Of a stretch of DNA of 64,000 nucleotides, positions 12,001 through 17,986 are shown piece by piece (the first letter of the stretch is position 1; each line of letters opens with the position of its first letter). The notes beneath the pieces were generated by a model. The model did not search any database. It worked only from the letters and a program-made list of their open reading frames with translations, and was not told where the DNA came from. The DNA comes from Parcubacteria group bacterium (GTDB lineage: Bacteria > Patescibacteriota > Minisyncoccia > Phycocordibacterales > Phycocordibacteraceae), in NCBI GenBank assembly GCA_028286605.1, contig JAQBRE010000007.1:44537-108536 (forward strand), read 5' to 3'. A program made the position numbers and the translations under genes.

Positions 12001-14175
12001 TCAGGAGTTACGCTGCAGGGTCTTTCTAGTGCTGCAAACGAGAACTTTAATATACTCTCGAAGGGAGGCGGTAACATCAAGCTGTTCTCTAACGGAGGTT
12101 CGATTCAGGTTTCAACCGCATTCGGAAGCCAATATACGTTTGCTGCGACTGCTCTTACTATCACCGGCTTCACCGCTGCCGCGAGCGGCAACCACTTCTC
12201 CGTCGTAGGGGGTATCGACACCGCCATCACCGCTGCTACAGAATCGTCTGATGTGTATTTCAACCTTGGTCAGACGCGCACCAACTTATCCAATACTGCT
12301 GTTTCAACTTTCCGAGATTTCCGTATAACGGGCTCGACGCACGCATTCGCTACTGCTGGCGGCGTGATAAACAATGCCGCAGGATTCTCGGTTGACTTGC
12401 CAGATAGCGCCGGCACTAACGCAACGATAAGCACCTCATCAGCTATCTATGTTCCTGGAGGTGCAGTCACGGGTACGGTATCAACAAGTACTGCCGCAAA
12501 CCTTCTTGCCTCGACAGGAGCAACGAATAACTTCGCGCTTACGACGAACGGTCGAGTAGTCCACAGCAGCCTCACTGCCGGTGCTGGCGCAGGATCCGTC
12601 TGTATGAGCGCTACCGGTGAATTGCTCTTCGACAGCGGGGCGAACTGTATCGTGTCCACACCGCTCGCGAAGCACAATATTCATGGCATCTCAGATGCGC
12701 AGGCAGATGAAGTGCTAAGTCTCGACGCTATCCAGTACGACTACAACGACGGAAGCGGTACTCGTTACGGTTTCAATGCATTGCAGGCCGCGAGCATCGA
12801 TCCAACACTCGTGGTTTATGCAGCGTCTGACATACAGGTAGTTGGTGCTGATGGAAATCCTGTAACCGTAGCGAAGGGCCAGCCATATACCTTCGACTAT
12901 GGTCGCTACACGGGCCTTCTTACTGCTGAAGTACAGAAGCAGCAGAAGCAGATAAGCCTGCTTGCAAGCACGACGCTTGCAGCGGCGGCATCCGCAGGCG
13001 CTCCTGCGCCCGTTGCAGCAACCACTCTTTCTGCGAATTCAATCTACACGCAGAGCCTCACTATTAAGGGCAATGCATTCGCGACATCGTTCGTCGCACC
13101 GGCAACGCCGATTACGTTCACGATCGGTTCTACAACGGGCACGCTGCCAAATGAAGTGCTTGCATCAGATGGCAGTGGCGTAGACCTCTATAAGGCAGCG
13201 ACGTATGCAATCACCGGCGTGCAAGCGCTCCAGGCGCAGACGGGCGTGCTCGCGAGCCGTCTTGATGCGGTCGAACTGCGCGTGACGATGCTCGAAGCTG
13301 AAGCGTCGAGTACGCAAGCAGTAGGCAGCGGCACGCTCTCGCTCGCCGGCTTCGAGGATCTGCTCGGCCAGATCGGCGTTATCGTGAAGGACGGCATCGC
13401 GCACTTCACATCGCTCGCCTTCACGAACCTGATATCAGCACCAGCCGCAGACGGTACGTCGGCAGTAGCAACGAGCACGATAGCGATGGGTGATACGCAG
13501 GCAGTAGTGGTAAACAATCTCGCGCATCCGACTTCGGAAATCTTCGTTACCATCACCTCTCCGCTTAATGGAAGCTGGTACATCAGCCAGAAGGGCGAGG
13601 GAAGCTTCACGATCAATCTTTCGAGTCCGCAGACCGCAGACGTGACCTTCGACTACTTCATCGTGCAGACGGAAAAGGGGGCAACGCAGGTCGCGAGCGT
13701 AGCGAGCGCCCCGGTGCAGACGCCTGCGCAGTATCCTGATCAGACACCAGTTGATCCGAGTGCATCAACGACACCTGCAGCATCTACGAATGCACCGACC
13801 ATAACGCTTACCGGCAGTGCCGCAATTGATATCGCGCAGGGTGCTCCATGGACTGACCCGGGTGCAATCGCGCAGGACGCAGCAGGGAAAGATCTTACCG
13901 CGCAGATCGCGGTAACAGGCAGCGTTGATACGAATACTGCAGGCCTGTACACGCTTAACTACTCGGTTGTTGATTCTGCCGGAGCGAGCGCAGGCGTATC
14001 ACGTATCGTGCATGTTTCGGCACCGGTAGTATCAAGCCCACCTGCTGAAACCGCGCCGCCCGCAGACACCTCTGCTCCGGTGCAGACACCTGCATCTGAT
14101 CCAGCTACTCCCGCAGCGTCTGCGCCAAGCCCGGTAACAGCTGACGCGGGCGCTACTCCGTCCACAGGCGGCTAA
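1..14175 (+). CDS. Giant repetitive surface/fibre protein (5' end outside window; >4,700 aa) with C-terminal peptidase-S74-like intramolecular chaperone domain, Ig-like (DUF5011-type) domain and Pro/Ala/Ser-rich tail
   Basis: The reading frame of the ORF at 97..14175 is open back to nt 1. The upstream translation SDYTGYAYIGGTTTRITNIQNYFSTTGGVTKQ has the same G/T/S/A-rich composition, so the gene starts upstream of the window. About 11 recurrences of the motif AGTDY.AP..F.YP.....ISLAFGTTTAN(S/T)WS.LQ(T/Q)F. Five C..NG.C loops. Near the C-terminus, STPLAKHNIHGISDAQADEVLSLDAIQYDYNDGSGTRYGFNALQ...GQPYTFDYGRYTGLL fits the S-x4-K / Y.Y.DGS signature of tail-fibre intramolecular chaperones. This is followed by ITLTGSAAIDIAQGAPWTDPGAIAQDAAGKDLTAQIAVTGSVDTNTAGLYTLNYSVVDSAG (DUF5011-like Ig fold). 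Confidence 0.8.
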   Translation, partial: SDYTGYAYIGGTTTRITNIQNYFSTTGGVTKQMLDESIDAATLSLSGNSSGGGGTTVITGGGGFSGGALSATTGDFSSDVNVDGNFTLAGTLASAGEISAPFFTATSLAATSTLPNIISNSFSIGGDTITDFTGTGLAVVNGKLTATATTSNAFQQGGNIFGTTATLGTQDANPLAFITNNIARMTIDAAGNVTVGTTTSASLLTIGGDTRGDTFTAVGTGTSTLPRLATSALALGNDYVTGFTGNGLAVVGGVLGLAGSNNYFSTTSSDFWLGTKSTSDLAEGSKLYFTNARADARINATTTIGTLTSAPNLGTLSTTLTGIVKATSGVLSSAVAGTDYENPLAFVYPLQRTLNSISLAFGTTTANSWSQLQSFGNITAANATTTTLDATTLGLGNSYFTSLLGSGLQNVGGVLTLDRTGDWTGTFGGQIPSYYLDSANQTGVLAQANGGTGIGSFNPGDILYADNMGTLTTLPVGSTGQVLKIQAGLPQWGVDATVGAGGSDGIFATSSGLVYPLDTSNTLLVGTNATSTTNSIFEVHGQSYFSSKLSIATTTAPVALSVGGSGYFTGGLGVGILNTVAGTLRTSGAADIGGNLIVTGATTLASATSSSFFTSNFGIGSTYFSSLTGAGLLDTAGVLTLDTTGNWAGTFNGHASSFYLDATNLNNFGTPFYTFLHATTTDALAEGVSHLYFTDARADARINATSTIGTLTSAPNLGTVSTSLNGLLKATSGVLSVASAGTDFQAPITASYPVLFSGNNVSLAFSTTTTNSWSSLQTFGAGFVSQASSTVAGPLTVSGAFTIPSVTNALLSSNGSGVVGATTIGNGLAFSANTLSVSTSSLASGFFKQSGNAFGTTAVLGTTDSNALTFITSNTERARFDTSGNFGIGTSSPSQLLSVQGSGLFSGNISAANVTATGSLAVVGVTNTGNEQITGGLGVGVVNTTAGTIVTTGAITTGSQFIGLASDGVSAPSFTWATDITTGIYHAAGNTIGFTTAGVGRAVIDGNGNLGIGSTSPAAKLSVEGNALIHGTATIDGLGSGLVKSTNGLLGLAVAGTDYAAPFTATYPILFSANNLSLAFGTTTANSWSQLQQFNGAASSTQLTVTGNTYLATNAGSVGIGTSSPFTTLGVAGTVFASGNITTTGTLTATALGTHFAVASNNGTLTAPNAFVDTFLNDVSQQSVVTGFFGINTSTGGFYRTLTGTAGQITVANGSGAGGNPTFSLPTAITGVNSITAAASTNLTLASGGSSATSVLLTPNGGGVGIGTTSPSQLLSVQGNGLFSGNIAVANITATGTLATAGITDSGNAQITGGLGVGTVNTTAGTIVTTGAITTGSQFIGLASDAVNTPSFTWAGDLTTGIYHAAGNTIGFTTSGVERARIDGNGFLGLGSTTPSTRLSVEGNALIHGTVTVDGLGSGLVKSTNGTLGLAVAGTDYENPLTFNAPLSRTVNAISISQATVSTNGYLASADFNLFNNKVSSTSLSGASVISYTSGTGVITTTGGTFGGGNYVFPANTSVAGNLIANTIQRVLNTSTQNIGTTSTVVLGAGGTTNIVGGNASFSGAGGNVTLTGGTGIAAGGNIVINAGTGASTGSILLGSTAGFVGIATSTPGSLLSIGGVANFTAATSTLYGSGGINLSAGCFAINGACVGGNTLSFSYPLTLSGTNVSLAFGTTTANTWSALQTFNGGVSASTIITSGAITTGSQFIGLASDGASAPSFTWAGDLTTGIYHAAGNTIGFTTSGVERARIDGNGFLGLGSTTPSTRLSVEGNALIHGTATIDGLGSGLVKSTNGLLGLAVAGTDYLAPGSLSATYPILYSGNNFSLAFGTTTANSWSALQTFNGGASTTQLTSTGSTYLATTGGNVGVGTAAPAFKLDVAGPINTDIFSGYYQGGKLLAYASSTNDDTIFGLGSGGQNATTSAAIKSLTAFGFNALAANTTGNVNNAFGANALAANTTGGGNNAFGANTLTVNISGSLNDAFGNGVLIRNTTGSGNNAIGSGVLSNNTTGSNNNAIGSLTLVGNTTGSNNNAIGNLALNGNTGNSNSALGDQAGSVTTAGSQNLFLGAQSNTIGAGYISTGSNNIGIGYNTLFPSATASNQLNIGNFIYGTIAATSSASTFSAPGTGLLGIGSSTPGSLLSIGNTNGINFSTATSTFSSTGGINLTNGCYAVNGVCVGTNAGTVTSVDASGGTTGLTFSGGPVTTSGTLALAGTLVVANGGTGSTTLSGLLKGNGTGSLLTAIAGTDYLAPGSLSATYPILYSGNNFSLAFGTTTANSWSQLQTFTSGFVSQASSTITGVLNLGNNVNFNEAGTTTLKTPDQSSGNIGSILISTGAVSGVANPGNITIMPGNSPGSGGNVLIKGGSAGFGTPGNVTIQPGIGISAGYALLASNGGLVGIGATTTPSQLLSVQGNGLFSGNISAANLTATGTVTTANLTLAALNGPLQAINGVVSATTSIGVVYGGTGSTTLTGLLKGNGTGSLLSAVAGTDYQAPLTFVYPLLNSANTISLDFGTTTANTWSGLQTFGAGFVSQASSTVAGNFTATGFISTSGTTGGYQIDNQLFAYGSTTSGAVVLGFGAGGDALTTGTSPNVAIGNNALHINSGGTSNVAIGYQAMLVNQTGSSNTAIGSQALIFNQTGSSNTAIGQQALNSNTVGSNNVGIGANALQNNTTATNTVAIGVFAAGGSAAYTNQGGTYVGYSSGFSAHSSSDYNSFFGYQSGAQDTTGNDNIFIGAQPNFSGAGYVTTGANDIGLGFNTRFPSATASNQLNIGNFIYGTLPATTTASTFSVPTAGHLGIGSSSPYAKLSVHANNGSTDTTLFSIGSSTASLTTTLLSVSNTGVITSNAAATSTFTNGIALTGGCVSVNGACIGVGSAGTVTSVDAVGGTTGLTFSGGPITSSGVLTLAGTLGVANGGTGAVTLTGLVKGNGTGAFTAAVAGTDYQAPLAFTYPLVNTANTISLAFGTTTANTWSQLQQFNGGASTTQLTVTGSTYLATTGGNVGVGTAAPAFKLDVAGPINTNIFSGYYQGGQLLAYASSTNGATIFGLQAGGQNATTSASAISLTAIGFKALSANTTGFANTGVGFSSLISNTTGFDNTAFGISALGGTTIGSNNVAVGASALFGNVSGTNNVAVGINALGADISATTTVAVGSGAGWGSGNYSNQGGTYLGYQAGTFLANGSDYNTLLGYQSGSQVTSGYGNILVGPSVSSNNLTTGSGNIGIGYNLSFPAASTNNYLNIGSLIFGTLPATTTSLTAPVSGLLGIGTTSPYAKLSVQSNNGDTATTLFAIGSSTASLNSTLFSVSNTGVITSNAAATSTFTNGIALTGGCVSVNGTCLGTGSGGVTSVNAVGGTTGLTFSGGPITSSGTLTLAGTLGVANGGTGSTTLTGLLKGNGTGSLLTAVAGTDYLAPGSLSATYPILYSANNFSLAFGTTTANTWSSLQTFTSGLISQASSTFSGSLNVTGSSYFGANVGIGTTTAAQLLTLSAADTSTSLITAALASESIINSDTTNNNTADLVFKTADTAGATVVGTKLATVFTSHTPSGVSADLAFITRNAGTLSEKLRLTAAGNLGVGTTTPSQALSVQGNGLFSGNISSANVTATGTITTPNLTIAALNGPLQANNGVVSATTSIGVQYGGTGAITLTGLIKGNGTSAFTAAVAGTDYQAPLAFTYPLVNTTNTISLAFGTTTANSWNSLQQFNGGLTASTITTTGSVGIGTSTPGSLLSIGTTNGINFSTATSTFSSTGGINLTNGCYAVNGVCLSTGGGTFTNTLANGGTATTTFYAGGLVFSDGTKLTQASGSGASILSWNNTNGFLGIGSSSPSYALSVQGTSGIRVKTTTNTAAALGIENSQGTTTLQADTLDSSDSIFSVATSTGNTYFYVGAGGNVGVGTTTPLSALAIGGAGGLSVGADYNIAAPTNGAIIEGGLGVGTTSVMNNDALDVSGAVYINGTGTNPLALSVGATAAATPSFSVDQSAGIGTGLSVVTNLVGSGVTLQGLSSAANENFNILSKGGGNIKLFSNGGSIQVSTAFGSQYTFAATALTITGFTAAASGNHFSVVGGIDTAITAATESSDVYFNLGQTRTNLSNTAVSTFRDFRITGSTHAFATAGGVINNAAGFSVDLPDSAGTNATISTSSAIYVPGGAVTGTVSTSTAANLLASTGATNNFALTTNGRVVHSSLTAGAGAGSVCMSATGELLFDSGANCIVSTPLAKHNIHGISDAQADEVLSLDAIQYDYNDGSGTRYGFNALQAASIDPTLVVYAASDIQVVGADGNPVTVAKGQPYTFDYGRYTGLLTAEVQKQQKQISLLASTTLAAAASAGAPAPVAATTLSANSIYTQSLTIKGNAFATSFVAPATPITFTIGSTTGTLPNEVLASDGSGVDLYKAATYAITGVQALQAQTGVLASRLDAVELRVTMLEAEASSTQAVGSGTLSLAGFEDLLGQIGVIVKDGIAHFTSLAFTNLISAPAADGTSAVATSTIAMGDTQAVVVNNLAHPTSEIFVTITSPLNGSWYISQKGEGSFTINLSSPQTADVTFDYFIVQTEKGATQVASVASAPVQTPAQYPDQTPVDPSASTTPAASTNAPTITLTGSAAIDIAQGAPWTDPGAIAQDAAGKDLTAQIAVTGSVDTNTAGLYTLNYSVVDSAGASAGVSRIVHVSAPVVSSPPAETAPPADTSAPVQTPASDPATPAASAPSPVTADAGATPSTGG
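5411..6843 (+). repeat. Intragenic near-identical nucleotide repeats in the giant gene. Example: 5411..5514 and 6740..6843 are about 94% identical. Other families recur at about 2840-3110, 3970-4240 and 5090-5360, and at 8560-8790 and 9950-10180
   Basis: Direct comparison of sequence lines. The coding text ccgattaccttgctcctggttcactttctgcaacgtatccaattctttattcgggaaataacttctcacttgcattcgg occurs twice. Confidence 0.8.
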
Positions 14176-14195
14176 TACTTATAAGGTATATACTT

Positions 14196-15290
14196 ATGCA
14201 TATGAAATTCAGTCCTGTTAAAACATTTCTATTTCCACTAGCGATTTTCGTCTTTTCGTTCTCTTTGGCGCCGCACGCATTCGCGAGCCAGATATTCCTT
14301 ACGGCTAATCCGGGTACGGGTAACCAAACGTTTACAGTTCCTGCAGACTACAGAGCGGCAGGTTCAACCATTCAATGTATTGGTTCTGGGGGTACTGGTG
14401 GCACGAGCACAGCAAACACCACGAGTGCAGGAGGCGGTAGTGGCGGTGCATATGCAAAGATATTCAATCTGTCACTCACTCCTGGCGCGACCGTAACGTA
14501 TGCTGTTGGTGGCTCTGCAACGACCACCGGCGGCACTATAGCGAACGAAACATACTTCAATGGAACCGCTTCTTCGACGGCTTCGCTTTCATGCGCATTC
14601 GGGAAAGCTGCAGCAGGAGTTAGTGCAGGAACAGCTACTCTGTCTGCCAATTCTAAAGGAACGATTATTTTTAATGGAAATAGTGGCGGCGCAGGAACAA
14701 GCGGGGCGGTAGGCGGTGGCGGTGGCGGTGGCGGTTCTGCAGGCCCCCATGGTCTTGGAAGAGTTGCTCTTATTAGTACCGCTACTCGCGGAGGTAGCGG
14801 CGGTGGCGGTTCGGATGGTTTGCAAGCAACTAACGGCGCTCAACCAGCAACCGGCCAAGGTGGTTCGGGAGGAAACGGCTATTCTGGTACCTTAGGCGGT
14901 GCTGGCGGCTTTGCCACGGGTGCTGCTGCAGCAGGTACAAATGGTGCTGGCGGTGGCGGTGGCCAGGCTTTTACAGGTACGAATGGCGGTACCGGTGGTG
15001 CCGGAGGAAATGATACGGCGTTCGATGCGACACATGGTGCTGGCGGTGGCGGTGGCGGTGGCGGTGATGCAACCATAAGTGATCCTGGAGGCGCAGGCGG
15101 AACGTATGGCGGTGGCGGTGGCGGTGGCGGTAACAGTGCATCTACTAATGGCGTCGGCGGCGTCGGCGGTCAGGGCATTATCGTTATTACGTACACGCCC
15201 GCTCAAACGTTAACAAACTTAGTATCTTCAATGCTCCATGTGCTTGGCGGGAAAGTGCGTATCATGGGTGGAAAAGTTATCGTCCAGTAA
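14196..15290 (+). CDS. Secreted glycine-rich protein (Sec signal peptide; poly-Gly runs; C-terminal GQGIIVITYTP)
   Basis: N-terminus MHMKFSPVKTFLFPLAIFVFSFSLAPHAFA-SQ is a signal peptide with an AxA site. The body is more than 40% Gly, with GGGGGGGG runs encoded by (GGC GGT)4 tracts at 14712..14737, 15042..15065 and 15120..15143. It lies 21 nt downstream of the giant gene. Confidence 0.65.
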   Translation: MHMKFSPVKTFLFPLAIFVFSFSLAPHAFASQIFLTANPGTGNQTFTVPADYRAAGSTIQCIGSGGTGGTSTANTTSAGGGSGGAYAKIFNLSLTPGATVTYAVGGSATTTGGTIANETYFNGTASSTASLSCAFGKAAAGVSAGTATLSANSKGTIIFNGNSGGAGTSGAVGGGGGGGGSAGPHGLGRVALISTATRGGSGGGGSDGLQATNGAQPATGQGGSGGNGYSGTLGGAGGFATGAAAAGTNGAGGGGGQAFTGTNGGTGGAGGNDTAFDATHGAGGGGGGGGDATISDPGGAGGTYGGGGGGGGNSASTNGVGGVGGQGIIVITYTPAQTLTNLVSSMLHVLGGKVRIMGGKVIVQ

Positions 15291-15302
15291 TATATTTTAA
15301 AT

Positions 15303-16316
15303 ATGAAAAAAGTACGTGTTGCTATTAATGGATTCGGCCGCATCGGCCGCGCATTCGTTCGCCAAAGCTTTGATCGTGAGGAAATCGAATTAGTTGCGGT
15401 GAACGATCTCGGTTCGCTCGAGAATCTTGCGTATTTGCTTAAGTACGACACGGTATACAAGCGCGCACCGTTTCCGGTTGAAGCGAAAGACGGGAAACTC
15501 ATGATCAATGGGAAGGAGGTTGCATTCTGCTCAGAGAAAGATCCGGCGATGTTGCCATGGAAGGCGCTCGAGGTCGACGTCGTCATCGAGTCGACCGGCT
15601 TCTTCACGGATTATGAAAAGGCGAATGCGCATATTACCGCAGGCGCACGTCGCGTGGTTATTTCTGCGCCGGTGAAAGATGAGAACCCGCTCGGCGCGAC
15701 GGTGCTTATGGGTCTTGATGAAAGCAAGTTCGGCAGCGTTGCGATAACAAGTAACGCATCATGCACCACGAACTCCGCGTCACCGGTGATCGCAATCCTG
15801 GACGAAGCCATCGGTATCGAGAAGGCGGTCCTTTCTACGACGCACGCATACACGGCGAGCCAGAGCATCGTTGATGGTCCAGCGAAGAAAGATATGAAGG
15901 AGGGCCGCGCAGCGGCCCAGAACATCGTGCCTACTTCCACCGGCGCTGCCATTGCGGTTACTAAGGCGTACACATCGCTTGAAGGGAAGTTCGACGGCAT
16001 CTCGCTCCGCGTTCCTGTTCCTGCAGGTTCAATCGCAGACATCACCTTCATCGCAAAACGCGCAACAACTACGGACGAAGTGAATGACATCCTGCGCAAG
16101 GCCGCAACGCTTCCGCGCTGGGCTGGCATCTTCAGTGCAACTGACGAAGACCTCGTTTCAAGCGATATCATCGGCGAGCGGTTCGCGAGCATCGCAGACC
16201 TCGGCAGTACGCGCGTCGTAGATGGCAACCTCGTTAAGGTGCTCGCCTGGTATGATAACGAGGCAGGCTACACGCACACGCTCGTAGAGCACGCTATCAA
16301 GGCAGGTAACGCATAG
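15303..16316 (+). CDS. gap: Glyceraldehyde-3-phosphate dehydrogenase
   Basis: VAINGFGRIGR NAD-binding motif and SNASCTTNS catalytic Cys motif. Length 337 aa. Confidence 0.95.
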   Translation: MKKVRVAINGFGRIGRAFVRQSFDREEIELVAVNDLGSLENLAYLLKYDTVYKRAPFPVEAKDGKLMINGKEVAFCSEKDPAMLPWKALEVDVVIESTGFFTDYEKANAHITAGARRVVISAPVKDENPLGATVLMGLDESKFGSVAITSNASCTTNSASPVIAILDEAIGIEKAVLSTTHAYTASQSIVDGPAKKDMKEGRAAAQNIVPTSTGAAIAVTKAYTSLEGKFDGISLRVPVPAGSIADITFIAKRATTTDEVNDILRKAATLPRWAGIFSATDEDLVSSDIIGERFASIADLGSTRVVDGNLVKVLAWYDNEAGYTHTLVEHAIKAGNA

Positions 16317-16320
16317 CGCT

Positions 16321-16803
16321 ATGAAAATATTCATCGCTGGCGATCATGCAGGATTCCGTTTGAAATCCATGCTGCTTGAGCAGCTTCCGTTGTTCGGCCA
16401 TGAACTGGAAGATATGGGTCCGTTCGAGCTCGACCCTGAAGATGATTATCCTGATTTTGTTACGCCGCTCGCGAAAGCGGTAGCAGAGAATCCTGATTCT
16501 TTCGGTATCATCTGCGCACGCAGCGGGCAGGGCGAAGCGATGTGTGCGAACCGGGTGCCGGGCGTACGCGCTGCGGTCTTCTATGGAAAGATGGTCGTTA
16601 CGGATGCGCTCACGAGCGAGGGTTCGCATACGGATGACGGTCTCGATTCAGTACGATTGCCTCGTAAGCACAATAACGCGAATGTGCTTTCCATCGGTGC
16701 AGGATTCGTCTCGCACACAGATGCGGAAGAAGCGGTACAGACATTCCTTTCGACAGAATTCTCCGGTGATGCACGACATGTACGCAGGCTCGCGAAATTC
16801 TAG
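16321..16803 (+). CDS. rpiB: Ribose-5-phosphate isomerase B (RpiB/LacAB family)
   Basis: MKIFIAGDHAGFRLK ... CARSGQGEAMCANRVPGVRAA matches the RpiB family pattern. Length 160 aa. Confidence 0.85.
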   Translation: MKIFIAGDHAGFRLKSMLLEQLPLFGHELEDMGPFELDPEDDYPDFVTPLAKAVAENPDSFGIICARSGQGEAMCANRVPGVRAAVFYGKMVVTDALTSEGSHTDDGLDSVRLPRKHNNANVLSIGAGFVSHTDAEEAVQTFLSTEFSGDARHVRRLAKF

Positions 16804-16818
16804 AGTATACTTTTACGC

Positions 16819-17535
16819 ATGGGCGTCATCGTACCTGCCATTCTCCCCACATCACGCAACGACTTAGACGAAAAACTCCTTCGTCTGCATGGTCTTGTCG
16901 ACACTGTACAGGTAGATGTCGTAGACGGCCGTTTCGTTACACCAGCATCCTGGCCCTATAAAGATGCGAACGCTGACGTACGGGAACCGAGTGGCGACAC
17001 CTTTCCGTATCTGGGGCAGCTCTCATTCGAAGTGGATCTCATGGTTGAGGAACCAGAGCACGTTATTCGTCACTGGATCGAAGCAGGAGCAACGCGCATC
17101 ATCATTCATGCCGAGACGACGCGCATGCTGCCGAAACTCATGAACGATCTCTCGACGACGTACGGCCACGATAAGGATTTCACGCCGGAACTGCTTTCAT
17201 TCGGACTTGCTATAAACGTAAGCACGGAACTTTCGCTTATCGAACCCTTCCTGCATCAGTGTGATTTCGTACAGTTCATGGGTATCGCGAAGATAGGGAA
17301 GCAGGGAGAACCGTTTGATAAGAGCGTGCTGCCGAAGATATCGGCGTTCCGTAAGAAATATCCCGCAATGCCGCTGCAAGTGGATGGCGGCGTCTCGCTT
17401 GCCACTGCCCCCGGCCTGCTGCAGGCCGGCGTTACGCGCCTCGTCGTCGGCTCCGACCTCTGGAACGCGCCCGACCTCACCGCAGAACTCAAGAAACTTC
17501 AAGGACTCGTGCAAACATACGGCCTCTACGCATAG
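16819..17535 (+). CDS. rpe: Ribulose-phosphate 3-epimerase-like
   Basis: DVVDGRFV, EVDLMVEEPE, IIIHAE and QVDGGVS line up with the Rpe motifs DVMDNHYVPN, DVHLMV, ITFHPE and EVDGGV. Confidence 0.7.
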   Translation: MGVIVPAILPTSRNDLDEKLLRLHGLVDTVQVDVVDGRFVTPASWPYKDANADVREPSGDTFPYLGQLSFEVDLMVEEPEHVIRHWIEAGATRIIIHAETTRMLPKLMNDLSTTYGHDKDFTPELLSFGLAINVSTELSLIEPFLHQCDFVQFMGIAKIGKQGEPFDKSVLPKISAFRKKYPAMPLQVDGGVSLATAPGLLQAGVTRLVVGSDLWNAPDLTAELKKLQGLVQTYGLYA

Positions 17536-17626
17536 TAATCAGCGCAAGCAAGAAAAACTGAAGAAAAGATAAAATATTCCTGAAGACCCTGCTAGGTGCT
17601 TCGAAGTCGAGTGATATAATGAACGT

Positions 17627-17986
17627 ATGTTGGATCCTGAGCTCAAGCAAGAATTCGCAAAAATTCACACTCGTCTCGATGAAGAGGTGAAAACAGAATT
17701 TGCTAGGGTTCATAAAGAATTCGCAAAAATAAACAACCGTCTTGATACGGAGTTTGCGGAAATCCATAGTGAATTTGTGAATGTGCATGGCGAAATAGAA
17801 AGCCTTGCAGGGCATATGGCTAATGGGTTTACAGAAATCGATGAGCGCTTTGAACAAGTGGATAATCGCTTCGATAGACTTGAAACTAAGTTTCAGAATC
17901 AGATTGATTCAATTGCAGATCGAAAAGTGGAACGTTCAGAATTTGCACCGATCAAGGCACAAGTACTCAACCTACAAAAACACTAA
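17627..17986 (+). CDS. Small low-GC 11-residue-repeat (EFA.IH..LD) coiled-coil protein, hypothetical
   Basis: EFAKIHTRLDE / EVKTEFARVHK / EFAKINNRLDT / EFAEIHSEFVN repeats. GC is about 40% against about 58% in the flanks. The stop overlaps the tkt start (TAATG). Confidence 0.5.
   Translation: MLDPELKQEFAKIHTRLDEEVKTEFARVHKEFAKINNRLDTEFAEIHSEFVNVHGEIESLAGHMANGFTEIDERFEQVDNRFDRLETKFQNQIDSIADRKVERSEFAPIKAQVLNLQKH

Noticed and set aside
14700-15145. CRISPR array or phase-variable homopolymer in the (GGC GGT)n tracts
   Set aside because: These are in-frame triplet microsatellites encoding poly-Gly. There are no spacer-repeat alternations and no cas genes.
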